Positions 1 through 11,346 of a stretch of DNA of 64,000 nucleotides are shown here, one piece after another. The translations under genes and the position numbers were made by a program. Numbering within the stretch: position 1 is the first letter of the stretch; the number at the start of each line of letters is the position of its first letter. This stretch comes from Octopus sinensis. Lineage: Eukaryota. The DNA lies in contig NC_043005.1 of assembly GCF_006345805.1 (NCBI RefSeq), positions 16,740,001 through 16,804,000 on the forward strand, written 5' to 3'. The notes under the pieces were generated by a model. That model had not been told where the DNA came from. It was given only the letters and a program-made list of their open reading frames with translations, and did no database searches.

Positions 1-543
1 CACTAAAAACTCTTGCGAAGCCCTAAGAAGTCCATAAGAAGCCTGTCTGCTTAAATATATACATTACTCTTACACACATTCAATCTACTCGCCATTTATA
101 CCACCACGACACTGGACACACACAACACTACTACTCACAAACGCTTGGCACGCTACATACGCCCCCACCCCTTCCCCTCCCCCCTTCCTCCTTCCTTCTT
201 TTTCTTACTACTGACCTTTGTCTGCTAAGCTGACCACTATCTCGCCCTACCTCACACTCCTACACAACAGAACGCACACACTAACACACACATATATATT
301 TTTTTGTTTTTTCATCTCGCCTCACACACACACTACACCACAACACCACACGCACACACTCACACAAACTCACCACATCTGTTGCATTACCAACCTTGTC
401 TCCACTCTTTTGCCTTAAAACACCTTTGCTCTGTTTTCGTAACATCCGCCTTTCACCATGTGCAACTCGTAAACCCAGTCGTCTTTTTTCTCTTCCCTGT
501 TGCCCCCTCTCTGGGATCTTTCTTTCCTCTCTCTTCCTTCTTT

Positions 544-580
544 GGTTTCCGACGAAGAGCTCCGCTCGAAACGTCATACC
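544..580 (+). ncRNA. Minimal type I hammerhead-like motif, variant core CCGACGA
   Basis: GGTTT-CCGACGA-A-GAGC(TCC)GCTC-GAAA-CG-TC|ATACC: stem I GGTTT/ATACC (1 mismatch), stem II 4 bp, palindromic ACGT stem III, GUC site at 573-575. Confidence 0.6.
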
Positions 581-733
581 TCCCTGCTTCCATCTCCGAG
601 CGCCTATTAATAATAATACTGTAATTGTTCCATTGTTGTTGTTTTTTTGTTTCCTGTTGGATAAAATTATATATATATAGGTATATATATATATATGTAT
701 TATATATATATGTATATATATATATATAATAGC

Positions 734-1012
734 CCGGTGGCACGTATAAACAACATTTAAGCATGGTCATTGCCAGTGCCACTGGACTGGCTCCTGTGCA
801 GGTAGTATGTAAAAAGCACCTTTTGAGCATGACTGGCACATAAAAGTATTCACTACACTCTCTGAGTGGTTGGTATTAGGAAGGACATCCAGCTGTAGAA
901 ACTTTGCCAGATTCAGAGTGGAACCTGGTGCAGCCATCTGGCTCACCAGTCCTCAGTCAAACCATCCAACCCATGCCAACATGGGAAGTGGACGTTAAAC
1001 AACGACGACGAC
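734..1012 (+). mobile_element. SINE/LINE-tail family B (RTE/Rex3-like 3' end)
   Basis: GGCACGTAAAAAGCACC-like units, GGTTGGTATTAGGAAGGACATCCAGCTGTAGAAAC, ends GGACGTTAAAC(AACGAC)n; same family at 9061, 10381, 23886, 30022, 57838. Confidence 0.8.
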
Positions 1013-1018
1013 AAACAT

Positions 1019-1238
1019 ATATATATGTTTGTGTGACTGTATTTGTCCCCCCATCATCGTTTAACAACCGATGTTGGTGTGTTTACATTCCAGTAACTTA
1101 GCGGTTCGGCATAAGAGACCAATAGAATAAGTACTAGGCTTACAAAGAATAAGTTCTAGGGTCAATTTGTTCGACTAAAGGCAGTGCTCCAGCATGGCTG
1201 CAGTCAAGACTGAAACAAATAAAAGAAAAAAAAAGAAT
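1019..1238 (+). mobile_element. SINE family A, 3' half
   Basis: Matches 3' half of the full copy at 4346-4788, ending CCAGCATGGCTGCAGTCAAGACTGAAAC. Confidence 0.85.
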
Positions 1239-1325
1239 ATGAATTGTTGTATTTATGTTTGAGGCTGAGTCACAGATGTATATACTCACACACACAAACA
1301 CACACAAACACACACACACACATAC

Positions 1326-1470
1326 CTATGAGTGAAGGAGATTCATGTCCTTTAAAACCTCAGGAGCAGGGGGGGTGCAGAGAGAGACTAGGTTGACAGA
1401 TTAAGTATAATTCCTTTTCCTTTCCCTGAGTTCCCACGGAACAAAATGAGACGAAACAAGAGAACCCGAC
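1326..1470 (-). other. Candidate non-coding (5'UTR or lncRNA) exon, 145 nt
   Basis: Minus strand: >100 nt polypyrimidine tract, CTAAC branch-like motif, TTTCCTCCTTGCAG|G acceptor, donor ATAG|GTATGT; stops in all three frames. Confidence 0.45.
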
Positions 1471-2019
1471 CTGCAAGGAGGAAAGTTAGAAACTAAACTC
1501 ACACAGAAGAGAAACAAAGAAGAGAAACAGAAAGAAGACAACTAAAAAGGAAAAAAAAAAGGAAAAGGAAACAATGAAAAAAATGAAAGAAAACCCGTCA
1601 ATGAAAGATAACAGTCATCGATATCAAAATTGAACATAATTCTGATTCAACGTAGCGTATTATCTTTGTTGAAGGTTAACGCATTATCGTTCCATCAGTC
1701 ACACACCAGACTTGTAAATGGAACGAGATCTTTTCATGTACATGTTAATGTGATAAAAAATTGCTAATAAAATGATTGTTATAAAAAATGTTCTCCGATT
1801 GCTGATTAAAGAAAACCATTCAGAGACGCCGCCGTAAATAAAACTTATTAATTCCCACATGTGACAACATGTGGATGATACGTGATTGTGAGTGCAATGC
1901 TCATGTGGTTGAGAAGGTTGGAAAATGGAAGAACAATGTGTAAACAAGTGCGTATGTGTCTATGTCTTGTATTACGTATCCAAACATATAACATAATCAT
2001 CATCATGATTTTTTTATAT

Positions 2020-2450
2020 ATAGTGGTTGTGTGGTAAGTAGCTTGCTATCGAACCACATGGTTCTGGGTTCAGTCCCGCTGTGTGGCACACTGGGCAAGT
2101 GTCTTCTACTATAGCCTCAGGCTGACCAAAGGCTTGTGAGTGGATTTGGTAGACGGAAACTGAAAGAAGCCTGATGTATATATGCATATATATATATGTG
2201 CGTGTGTGTGTGTTTGTGTATGTATGTATGTGTGTGTATAGGTTTGTGTGTCTGTGTTTGTCCCCCCAACATCGCTTGACAACCAATGCTGGTGTGTTGA
2301 TGTCCCCGTAACTTAGCGGTTCAGCAAAAGAGACCGATAGAATAAGTTACTAGACTTAGAAAGAATAAGTCCTGGGGTCAATTTGCTCGACTAGAAGGCA
2401 GTGCTCCAGCATGGCCACAGTCACATGACTGAAACAAGTAACAGAGTAAG
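2020..2450 (+). mobile_element. SINE family A (tRNA head, CORE-like centre, internal microsatellite)
   Basis: A-box GTGGTTGTGTGGTAAG, B-box GGGTTCAGTCCC, CTGGGCAAGTGTCTTC centre, (TA)/(TG) tract, conserved 3' tail. Confidence 0.9.
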
Positions 2451-2816
2451 CATATTTTATCTGCTGGCATGTGTTGCAGAGGTGTTCTTGTCTTGCCCCT
2501 TGTTACATTCCTTTCTCATCTGGAACACACAGCCAGAGAAAAAAAAAGAGTCATCTTTGCTGTGTATATCATGTTTTCTTGGCATGGTTGCCATGGTTGG
2601 ATGCATTCCCCCATCACTAATCACTTCACAGTATAATCTGAGTACATTATATTTTGCCACTGGAGCAGTTATTTGCAGCGTGATTAAACAGTCTTCTCTG
2701 CCTCATATTATCTTCATACATTTCTTTGCCTGTGTGTATATGTGTGCATATGTGTGTATACGTATCTCTGTCATCTGTGTTGACCATAACTTCTCAATGT
2801 ATATATATATAACTTC

Positions 2817-3170
2817 GGAGTGGCTGTGTGGTAAGTAGCTTGCTAACCAACCACATGGTTCCGGGTTCAGTCCCACTGCGTGGCATCTTGGGCAAGTGTC
2901 TTCTGCTATAGCCCCGGGCCGACCAATGCCTTGTGAGTGGATTTGGTAGACGGAAACTGAAAGAAGCTCGTCGTATATATATATATATATATGTGTGTGT
3001 TTGTGTCTGTGTTTGTCCCCCTAGCATTGCTTGACAACCTATGCTGGTGTGTTTACGTCCCCGTCACTTAGCGGTTCGGCAAAAGAGAACAATAGAATAA
3101 GTACTGGCGGTGCTCCAGCATGGCCGCAGTCAAATGACTGAAACAGGTAAAAGAGTAAAAGAGTAAGAGT
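2817..3170 (+). mobile_element. SINE family A with internal deletion
   Basis: Head and tail match other copies; about 45 nt before GGCGGTGCTCCAGC are missing; (GAGTAAAA)n tail. Confidence 0.9.
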
Positions 3171-3379
3171 ATACATACTATTTTTTAAGAGATATATATT
3201 ATATATAATATATATAACCCGTGCTAGCGCGGAAAACAGACGTTAAACGATGATGATGATGATGATGTGTGTATAAGTTCGATATTTAAATAACGATTTA
3301 TATATAGGCATATTTGTGTGAGGGTGCGTGTGTTTGTCTGAGTTAGTCCCCACCACCACCATCGCTTGACAACCGATGC

Positions 3380-3382
3380 TGG

Positions 3383-3423
<41 letters not shown>

Positions 3424-3441
3424 TATATATATATACATGTA

Positions 3442-3498
<57 letters not shown>

Positions 3499-3500
3499 AT
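3380..3500. repeat. (TG)n(TA)n microsatellite
   Basis: Direct inspection; source of the IY-repeat ORFs. Confidence 0.95.
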
Positions 3501-3731
3501 ATTTGGTAGACAGAAACTGAAGCCCGTCATATATGTGTCTGTGTTTGTTCCCCCAACATTGCTTGACAACCGATGCTGGTGTGTTTACATCCCCATCACT
3601 TAGTGGTTCAGCAAGAAAGACCAATAGAATAAGTACTAGGCTTACAAAGAATAAATCCTGGGGTTGATTTCTTTGACTAAAGGCAGTGCTCCAGCATGAC
3701 CACAGTCAAATGACTGAAACAAATAAAAGAA
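3500..3731 (+). mobile_element. SINE family A, 5'-truncated
   Basis: TTTGGTAGACAGAAACTGAAG through CAGTCAAATGACTGAAAC. Confidence 0.85.
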
Positions 3732-3964
3732 TTTATATATATATATAAATATATATATATATGTATATATATTATATCTATCTATATATATAATATATAT
3801 ATATATACAAGTATACTTATGTATTTATTTATGCATGTATATATACATATGTATATGCTCATATATGCGTATGTGTGTGGTAGTATACGGTTACTTTTGA
3901 GCATGGCCTTAATTGTGATTCAGAAAATAAAATAGAACACACACACACAGAGTCACACAAACAC

Positions 3965-4002
<38 letters not shown>

Positions 4003-4345
4003 CACACACACATACTCATACCAACCCACACACACTTGATGACAAATAACTTCTATAAATGTTTGAAATGTGGGGTTTTACAAAGGAAATAAGAAAAAAA
4101 TAATAATTACATTTTAAAAAAGAAAAACAACCTTAACTAAATTAACTAACCGGAAAAAAAAATTATTCTAATTTTACTCCTCAGTTCTAAAAATGATTCA
4201 TGTAAATACTTGAGACATATAAATATATTAATGTGATTTTTTTCTATATTAGAAGGATTTTGACTGGAATTGAACCATTGGATATTTCATTTAGCAAATG
4301 TTTGTAGCTGTTGTTGCAGTTGATTAGCCCTAGGTCAACTTTGAA

Positions 4346-4539
4346 GGCGTAGAAGTGGCTGTGTGGTAAGTAGCTTGCTTACGAACCACATGGTTCTTGG
4401 TTCAGTCCCACTGTGTGGCATCTTGGGCAAGTGTCTTCTACTATAGCCTCAGGCCAACTAAAGCCTTGTGAGTGGATTTGGTAGACAGAAACTGAAAGAA
4501 GCCCATTGTATATGTGTATATATATACATATATATATAC

Positions 4540-4580
<41 letters not shown>

Positions 4581-4788
4581 TGTGTCTGTATTTGTCCCCC
4601 TAACATCGCTTGACAACTAATGCTGGTGTGTATACGTCCCTGTAACTTAGCGGTTCAGCAAAAGAGACCGATAGAATAAGTACTAGGCTTACAAAGAAGA
4701 AGTCCTGGGGTCGATTTGCTCAACTAAAGGCAGTGCTCCAGCATGGCCGCAGTCAAATGACTGAAACAAATCAAAGAGTAAAAGAGTA
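4346..4788 (+). mobile_element. SINE family A, full length
   Basis: GGCGTAGAAGTGGCTGTGTGGTAAG head to CAAAGAGTAAAAGAGTA tail. Confidence 0.9.
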
Positions 4789-4923
4789 GGTTAATTATAA
4801 AAATAAAGTAATTTTGTTTTTCAACCCAAGGGTTGATGGAATTCTAACAATGACTAGCTCCTTTTCTGTCACTTAAACCTTTCGTTGCAACATTTCTGTT
4901 GAAATACATTGCCTTTGATTTAA

Positions 4924-5323
4924 TCTTTATATATAAAAGTGAGGTTGTGTGCTGTCTGTCTCCTACGATTTAGATTCCTAACTACTCCCACATTTTGCAG
5001 TGCAGTTTAACCAAAACCGGGTATCTTATAGCCGTGATTCATATCAAGCCCTTCTGGGTATTAGCACGCGTCTACGATGTGTCTACGATTTTTAAAATAA
5101 TTTACCATCAATTTTTTCCATTTTTAATGCATTTTTGGCATATATAAGGGAAGTAACTCTCTAAAAATTTATTATTAAATGTCAGAACGTAAAAAGCTAC
5201 AGTAACACCACCACTCCCTTTGTGGTTAGCCATATTGAGATGGCTATTATACTTTACATCTCTAAAAATGCTTATATAGTTATTTCCCTTACAAACCCGA
5301 GCAACGCCGGGCGATACTGCTAG
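4924..5323 (+). mobile_element. Non-autonomous Helitron, subfamily D1
   Basis: 5' TC, 3' hairpin CCCGAGCAACGCCGGG then CTAG, inserted between A and T; copies at 24215, 45491, 52597. Confidence 0.85.
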
Positions 5324-5382
5324 TTAATTATAAAAATAATGAGGAAGTTAGTAAAATAACTTTGCCATTATTTAGCTGCTGT

Positions 5383-5510
5383 AAGGCAAAGAGCTGGCAG
5401 AATCGTTAGCATGCCAGGCAAAATGCTTAGCAGTCTTTCATCCATCCTTACGTTCTGAGTTCAAATTCTGCCAAGGTCGACTTCGCCTTTCATCCTTTCG
5501 GAATCGATTA
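5383..5510 (+). mobile_element. SINE family C, cut by the assembly gap
   Basis: AAGGCAAAGAGCTGGCAGAATCGTTAGC head, GAGTTCAAATTC B-box, GCCTTTCATCCTTTCGG centre. Confidence 0.85.
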
Positions 5511-5610
5511 NNNNNNNNNNNNNNNNNNNNNNNNNNNNNNNNNNNNNNNNNNNNNNNNNNNNNNNNNNNNNNNNNNNNNNNNNNNNNNNNNNNNNNNNNN
5601 NNNNNNNNNN
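5511..5610. other. Assembly gap (100 N)
   Basis: Run of N; the flanks are two different SINEs in opposite orientation, so the true gap length is unknown. Confidence 1.
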
Positions 5611-5853
5611 CAAGTGATGTTGGCGGGACAAACACAGATACACAAACATACACACACACATACACACACACACATATATACATATATACTATGGGCTTTT
5701 TTCAGTTTCCGTCTACCAAATACACTCACAAGGCTCTGGGTCGGCCTGAGGCTATTGTAGAAGACACTTGCCCAAGGTGCCACGCAGTGAGACTGAACCC
5801 AGAACCATGTGGTTGGTAAGCAAGCTACTTACCACACGGCCACTCCTATGCCT
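5611..5853 (-). mobile_element. SINE family A, 5' half, cut by the gap
   Basis: Reverse complement of family A head and centre. Confidence 0.9.
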
Positions 5854-6106
5854 ATATATATATATATATACAGAAAGAATTTGTAGACAGTATTTGGTAG
5901 GAGAAAGCGTGTATTGCTTAGTCAAAACTTCATCAGAAATCATATTTAAGTATTTATACAGAATTTATACAGAATTTCCAATTTATTTTCACTCATGCGG
6001 TTCCTTGCAATTTTACTTTGTTTTATATATATATATATGTTTGCATATACATGCATACAGGCATACATACAAGTATGTTTGTGACTGTATTATATTTATG
6101 CACATA

Positions 6107-6472
6107 CTAGCAGTATCGCCCGGCGTTGCTCAGGTTTGTAAGGGAAATAACTATAAAGCATTTTTAGAGAGTTATAGCCAAAAAATAACAAAAAATGATG
6201 GTTAAATTTTTGAGTTAAAAAAGGTGAGTTGCGTCCCCTAGACAGTCTGTGGTTTGTTTCTGATTCTCGACCCCATGTCGATTTTATCGATTTTTTTCAG
6301 AACTGGGGGAACTTTTCAAAATTTTCGCTGCGTTAGTTTTGAATTATGACATTGGGCTATGTGTGTGTCAAGTTTCATCAGAATCGGTTGAAAGCCGTGG
6401 TCAGGGTGAGGGTACAAGCAAACAGACACGCAGAAACACGCACAGACAAACTGCCGTTTATATATAGAGAGA
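6107..6472 (-). mobile_element. Non-autonomous Helitron, subfamily D2
   Basis: Minus strand A|TCTCTCTATATATAAACGGCAG ... GCGATACTGCTAG|T; closely similar to 44047-44428. Confidence 0.85.
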
Positions 6473-6844
6473 TATATACACATATGCATTGACACACAAA
6501 CATACACATGCATACATATATTTACATATTTGTTTTCTTTGTGATAATTTCATATTTTAAAATTCTCTAGAGAAGTTTAAATGTTTGCTAGTTGCACAAC
6601 AAACAACCTTTCTTTATTTTTCACTCATGCACACACACACACACACACACACATACACACACACACATGTACATTCATCTGGGTGTTTCATGATAAAAGG
6701 ACACATTTTATTTGTAATATCAGCAATATATTTGTAACTACTATGCCTGTTTTAGTCCTTGTTACTTGTGTTAAAAATGTGTCTCAAAGCCATGAGAATG
6801 GTTTTGGTAGATGGAAACTGAAAGAAGCCTATCGTATATCTATC

Positions 6845-7517
6845 TATTTATCTACCAATGAGGGAAGTGCAGCAACTGTAGTTGCAAAGAAGGTGAAATC
6901 AATACCAAAGCAAAATGCGTTTGAACAATTGGCTGATGAGAGAGATCAAAAATCTCTGCATGGCAAATATGTGGCCCGTAACAAACAAGCTGATTAGACC
7001 AGAAGCTATGGAGCGCAGGGCTAAAGGCAGTCAGTGAAGATTTTATCTTGGCTGCCCAAGATCAGAGTTTATTGATCCGGGACTATCAAGCCAATGTGAT
7101 GAAAAATGGTGTAGAGACCCAAAGTACCAATACCATAACGATGGGATAGAAACAGTGGACCACCTAATCTCTGGATGTAAGGTTTTAGTATTTGTAGAGT
7201 ACTAATCAAGACATGGCAGAGTTGGCCAATCTTTACATTGGATAATGTGTCAGCGTTGTAAAATCGTGGTCAATGAAGAGGGTAGACGTGATACCAATAG
7301 TAATTGGTACACTTGGAGGTATCAGCACGGCTGAAAAAGGTTCAGTGCAAGTGTGAAGGTAGAACATCTACAAAAATCAGCATTGCTTTGGAACTGCGAG
7401 AATTCTTCGCAGGGTTCTTGAAGCATGACCAGTAAACAAATGTCACCTTAGTCTGCTGGCTGTGGACAGCTGACACTTTCCATCATACCCAGCAAAATAA
7501 GCTGTGAGTTTTTAATA

Positions 7518-7520
<3 letters not shown>
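6845..7520 (+). mobile_element. R4/Dong-clade LINE relic, 3' end (zinc knuckle and restriction-like endonuclease region)
   Basis: Broken frames read KSLHGKY, EDFILAAQDQSLLIRDYQANVMKNG, ETVDHLISGC, EY*SRHGRVGQSLHWIMC, VIPIVIGTLG, GTARILRRVLEA*; followed by (AAT)n. Confidence 0.8.
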
Positions 7521-7583
<63 letters not shown>

Positions 7584-7619
7584 TATAATAATGATAATGA
7601 AATAATGATAATAATAATA

Positions 7620-7651
<32 letters not shown>
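7517..7651. repeat. (AAT)n switching to (TTA)n
   Basis: Direct inspection; back-to-back tails of two oppositely oriented elements. Confidence 0.95.
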
Positions 7652-7653
<2 letters not shown>

Positions 7654-8097
7654 TGAGTGAAAGAGCAGTTCATGCCATCAAGTGGACACTGGGGTAAAAT
7701 ATATGAAGCCCAATATACCCATCATGACTACCCGTCTGATAAGGGTACACCAGGCACATGCATCACAACCATATGTGCGCGACATGGTGATCTCATATCA
7801 AGATAAACAGCACATGACCTTGCAGGTGGGGCCCAGTAGAATTTCTTTCAGGTGAGTAGCCCATCCCGCTCAAAAGGTCCCTGAATAAGGGTTGTTTTAA
7901 GGATGTTGAAAGAACCACCCATGTTTCCAGAGGTGGTGAATTATTCAAACCCCAAAGAATCCCTCTAAACACATGGCTATAATGCTCCCCCACTACTTCT
8001 GCTCGTGATCAGAGATGCACATATCGTCAGCCACTAAGGGACATGCTCAGCTGGTTAAGGTCAAACAACTGACAAGCAAATCTGTGGTATTGAGCTA
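7652..8097 (-). mobile_element. Unclassified ~450 bp non-coding retroposon embedded in TAA/TTA repeats
   Basis: Complex non-coding segment bounded on both sides by (TTA)n/(TAT)n tracts. Confidence 0.5.
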
Positions 8098-8129
8098 TTA
8101 CTATTATTATTATTATTATTATTATTTTA

Positions 8130-8163
<34 letters not shown>

Positions 8164-8860
8164 CATCATCATCATCATCATTTCATACCTGAATAGAACA
8201 GACAACTATAACTCCTACGACATATGATCACATCTGGTCTTTCCTCAATCATTTTCCTTATTTAGTTTCTTTCTTTCTTTATTTGTCAATTTGTTTTGTC
8301 ATCGTCGTTGTTGTTGTTGTTATGGTATAACACCATAACTGCATCTTTTAAGGCCCTCATGCTTTCCGAAATCCGCCGAAACTACACCTGATTATATATA
8401 CACTTTAGATGAGTTGTAGTGCACCTGAGCACTGTACACAATTATTATTATTATTATTATTATTATAGTCATTTTATATGAAGATCATTTGTGGGTTGGC
8501 TTAGTGTTGGACAGGCTATTAAAAGTTACTCATGAGTGGTTACACTCAGGAAACAAAGATCTGAAGGAATTCCTTCATATGATGTCATTTTGGCTTATAA
8601 AGATGTGTTTTATAATAAAGCTTCATTCAACCACACCCTATTCGATACAGGACATGCAGCACATATACAGCCCATATACAGCCCACGCACAGCCCATACA
8701 CATGCCATACACATTCGGCCATATAAAGAAAACAACTAATTTTCTTCCCACGCTCAAAATCCACATTTATTTTTTTTTAATTTTTATTTTTATAACTGGT
8801 TGCTCATAGCTCTCTGATAATCAATTATTTGTGTGTGTGTGTGTGTGTGTGTGTACAGGC

Positions 8861-8897
<37 letters not shown>

Positions 8898-9060
8898 GTA
8901 TGTATGTATGTATGTATTAATGTACATGTATTTATATATATATGTACGTACATGTATTTATATATATGTGTGTGTACATGTATTATATGCATGTATATAT
9001 TTATATATATATATATATATATATAATTATAAATACATGTACACACACATATATATAAAT

Positions 9061-9375
9061 ACCTGTACGTACGTAAAAAGCACCATCCGATTGTGGCCGT
9101 TGCCAGCATCGCCGGTCCCGTGCCGGTGGCACGTAAAAAGCACCATCCGTCCGTGGCGTTTGCCAGCTCCATCTGGCACCTGTGGGGGTGGCACGTAAAA
9201 AGCACCCACTACACTCACGGAGTGGTTGGCGTTAGGAAGGGCATCCAGCCGTAGAAACACTGCCAGATCAGACTGGGCCTGATGCAGCCTTCTGGCTTCA
9301 CAGACCCCAGTTGAACCATCCAACCCATGCTAGCATGGAAATCGGACGCTAAACGATGATGATGATGATGATGAT
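9061..9375 (+). mobile_element. Family B with three internal ~63 bp subrepeats
   Basis: Three CACGTAAAAAGCACC units, RTE-like tail, (GAT)n end. Confidence 0.85.
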
Positions 9376-10238
9376 ATATATGCATATCAGAGGGATGACC
9401 ACTACGTGGACAACCCTTATGCTAGAAGTAGATCCGCTATGGTCTTACCACTAAGAAATGTTCTCAAGAAAAATTTAGCAAACACCAGAACGTAAGCGAC
9501 CAAGTGTAATGAAAAGTAACAAAAATATAGATTATTCAGATACATGTTTCACTATTAACAGATTACGTAATTTTACTTATGCAATTTGTCCATAGATCTT
9601 CAGTGTGACCGTCCATCCAAATATAATTTGCAGAACTATATACGGAGACGTCTGCATGAGGTCAGATCTGTATATAGTTCTACCTAATACACTTGCGGTT
9701 ATTTTTCAAAAGTCCTCGTTTTGGCGCACTAAATTACCGGAAAATGATACTGAAGAAAATAATTTACTGCAGTGGCTTTTGCAGGTTAGAGAATGCATTA
9801 ATTATATTTAAATTTAAAATGAGGGTGAGAAATTGGATGAATTTTTTAATTCTGGCACTGGTGTTAATTTGATGTTAATATAGACCATGGTGTAAATGAT
9901 GTTAATTAAATTAACATCTAATTTCTCACTCTTATTTTAATTTTATATATATATATATATGAATATAATCAAAAGGGTAATAATATAGATTACTACCAGT
10001 GGCCCAGCACATGATGAAACCGGCCTTAGCAAACATATTCTGTCTGTTTTGCTAGAAAGAGGTAGAAACTGATATCAGTCCGAGATGTATCGTTATTGGT
10101 AAATGTTTTTGATTTTCACTCTCGATAAATTTATCCCTTTTTTGTGTCCCTAGCACTTGGCATCCTTATTTAGGAGCCCTTAACTATATATATATATATA
10201 TATACTTTATTTAAAAGCAGCAGAAATATAACAAAAGC

Positions 10239-10274
10239 TGTTACTCTGAGTTTCACGTTCCCGTTAGTCAAACA
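10239..10274 (-). ncRNA. Degenerate minimal hammerhead-like motif
   Basis: Minus strand TGT-TTGACTA-ACG(GGAA)CGT-GAAA-CTCAGAG-TA|ACA; two core substitutions. Confidence 0.45.
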
Positions 10275-10380
10275 CTTTTGTTAAAATAGAACAGAAATAA
10301 CGATATGATCGAAACTAGTTAATTTTGTTGGATAAAATTTGTTGAAAAAAACCGCAATAATTATGCACCAACCCAATATA

Positions 10381-10524
10381 TGTGGTTGGCGTTAGGAAGG
10401 GCATCAAGCTGTAGAAACCCTGCCAAATCAAGATTGGCGCCTGGTGCAGTCATCTGGTCCGCCAGCCCTCAGTCAAAATCATCCAACCCATGCTAGCATG
10501 GAAAGCGGACGTTAAACGATGATG
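10381..10524 (+). mobile_element. Family B, 3' tail only
   Basis: GGTTGGCGTTAGGAAGGGCATC ... GCGGACGTTAAACGATGATGAT. Confidence 0.85.
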
Positions 10525-10564
<40 letters not shown>

Positions 10565-10568
10565 TGTA

Positions 10569-10628
<60 letters not shown>

Positions 10629-10854
10629 TTGTTATATACATACCATACATACATACATACATGCATGCATATACACACACGTACACACACACGCGCGCAC
10701 ATAAATATACACACATATGTTTATGTTTCAGCAGAGCCATTGATCTAGTGGTTAAGTTGTTCGGCTGACAATCATAGGGTAGAGGGCTTGAGTCTTGTGC
10801 TGGGCGATGCATTGTATGCTTGGCACTTTATTTTCCATACTATATCAAGTAAAG

Positions 10855-11020
10855 GATCATAGAGCAGCCAGAATCATGCATTAACAGGAACAGACGCTGC
10901 AAGCTTTGCATAACTGAGCAAGCAAGGATCTTCAAACACTCCCTGGAAAAAGGGTTACTGAACTCTAACCAGGAAATTTATAATCCCTGTATCCAATTCA
11001 AATGCTACCTTCTACAAGCA
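10855..11020 (+). mobile_element. Penelope-like element, C-terminal coding relic
   Basis: Reads NRRCKLCITEQARIFKHSLEKGLLNSNQEIYNPCIQFKCYLLQ, like the CxLC..E...LLN..E...C.H end of PLE GIY-YIG ORFs. Confidence 0.6.
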
Positions 11021-11346
11021 TAGGATTGCCCATTCATTGATTAAATCCTGAAAGGTCCTTACAAACTATAAACAGCCTAAGGACGAAATACCCTGTTACC
11101 CCTCTTTTGGCCCACATGAATTGGTCTAAGGGAGGTAACCCATCCTCACAGACCTGGATTCTTTAGTTTTTGGTTACTTACTAATTAACTGACCATAACA
11201 GATTCCTGCCTCCCAGAGTTAAAGAGTTATATGTTTTCAGCTTTAGAGTGTGGTGATCCACTCATGGGGCTAGGCCCTTTATGGATGTAAAACCACTGGT
11301 CACTCTATGACTGGACATAGACTTAACTGCATGTAATATGTATATA

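Noticed and set aside
1699-1947. 82-aa minus-strand ORF with a hydrophobic stretch
   Set aside because: No recognisable domain or convincing splice sites.
5383-5853. Apparent SINE C / SINE A chimera
   Set aside because: The junction is the 100-N scaffold gap.
9061-9210. GCACGTAAAAAGCACC repeated with ~45-nt spacers, CRISPR-like
   Set aside because: Eukaryotic context, spacers resemble each other, no cas genes; internal subrepeats of a dispersed retroposon.
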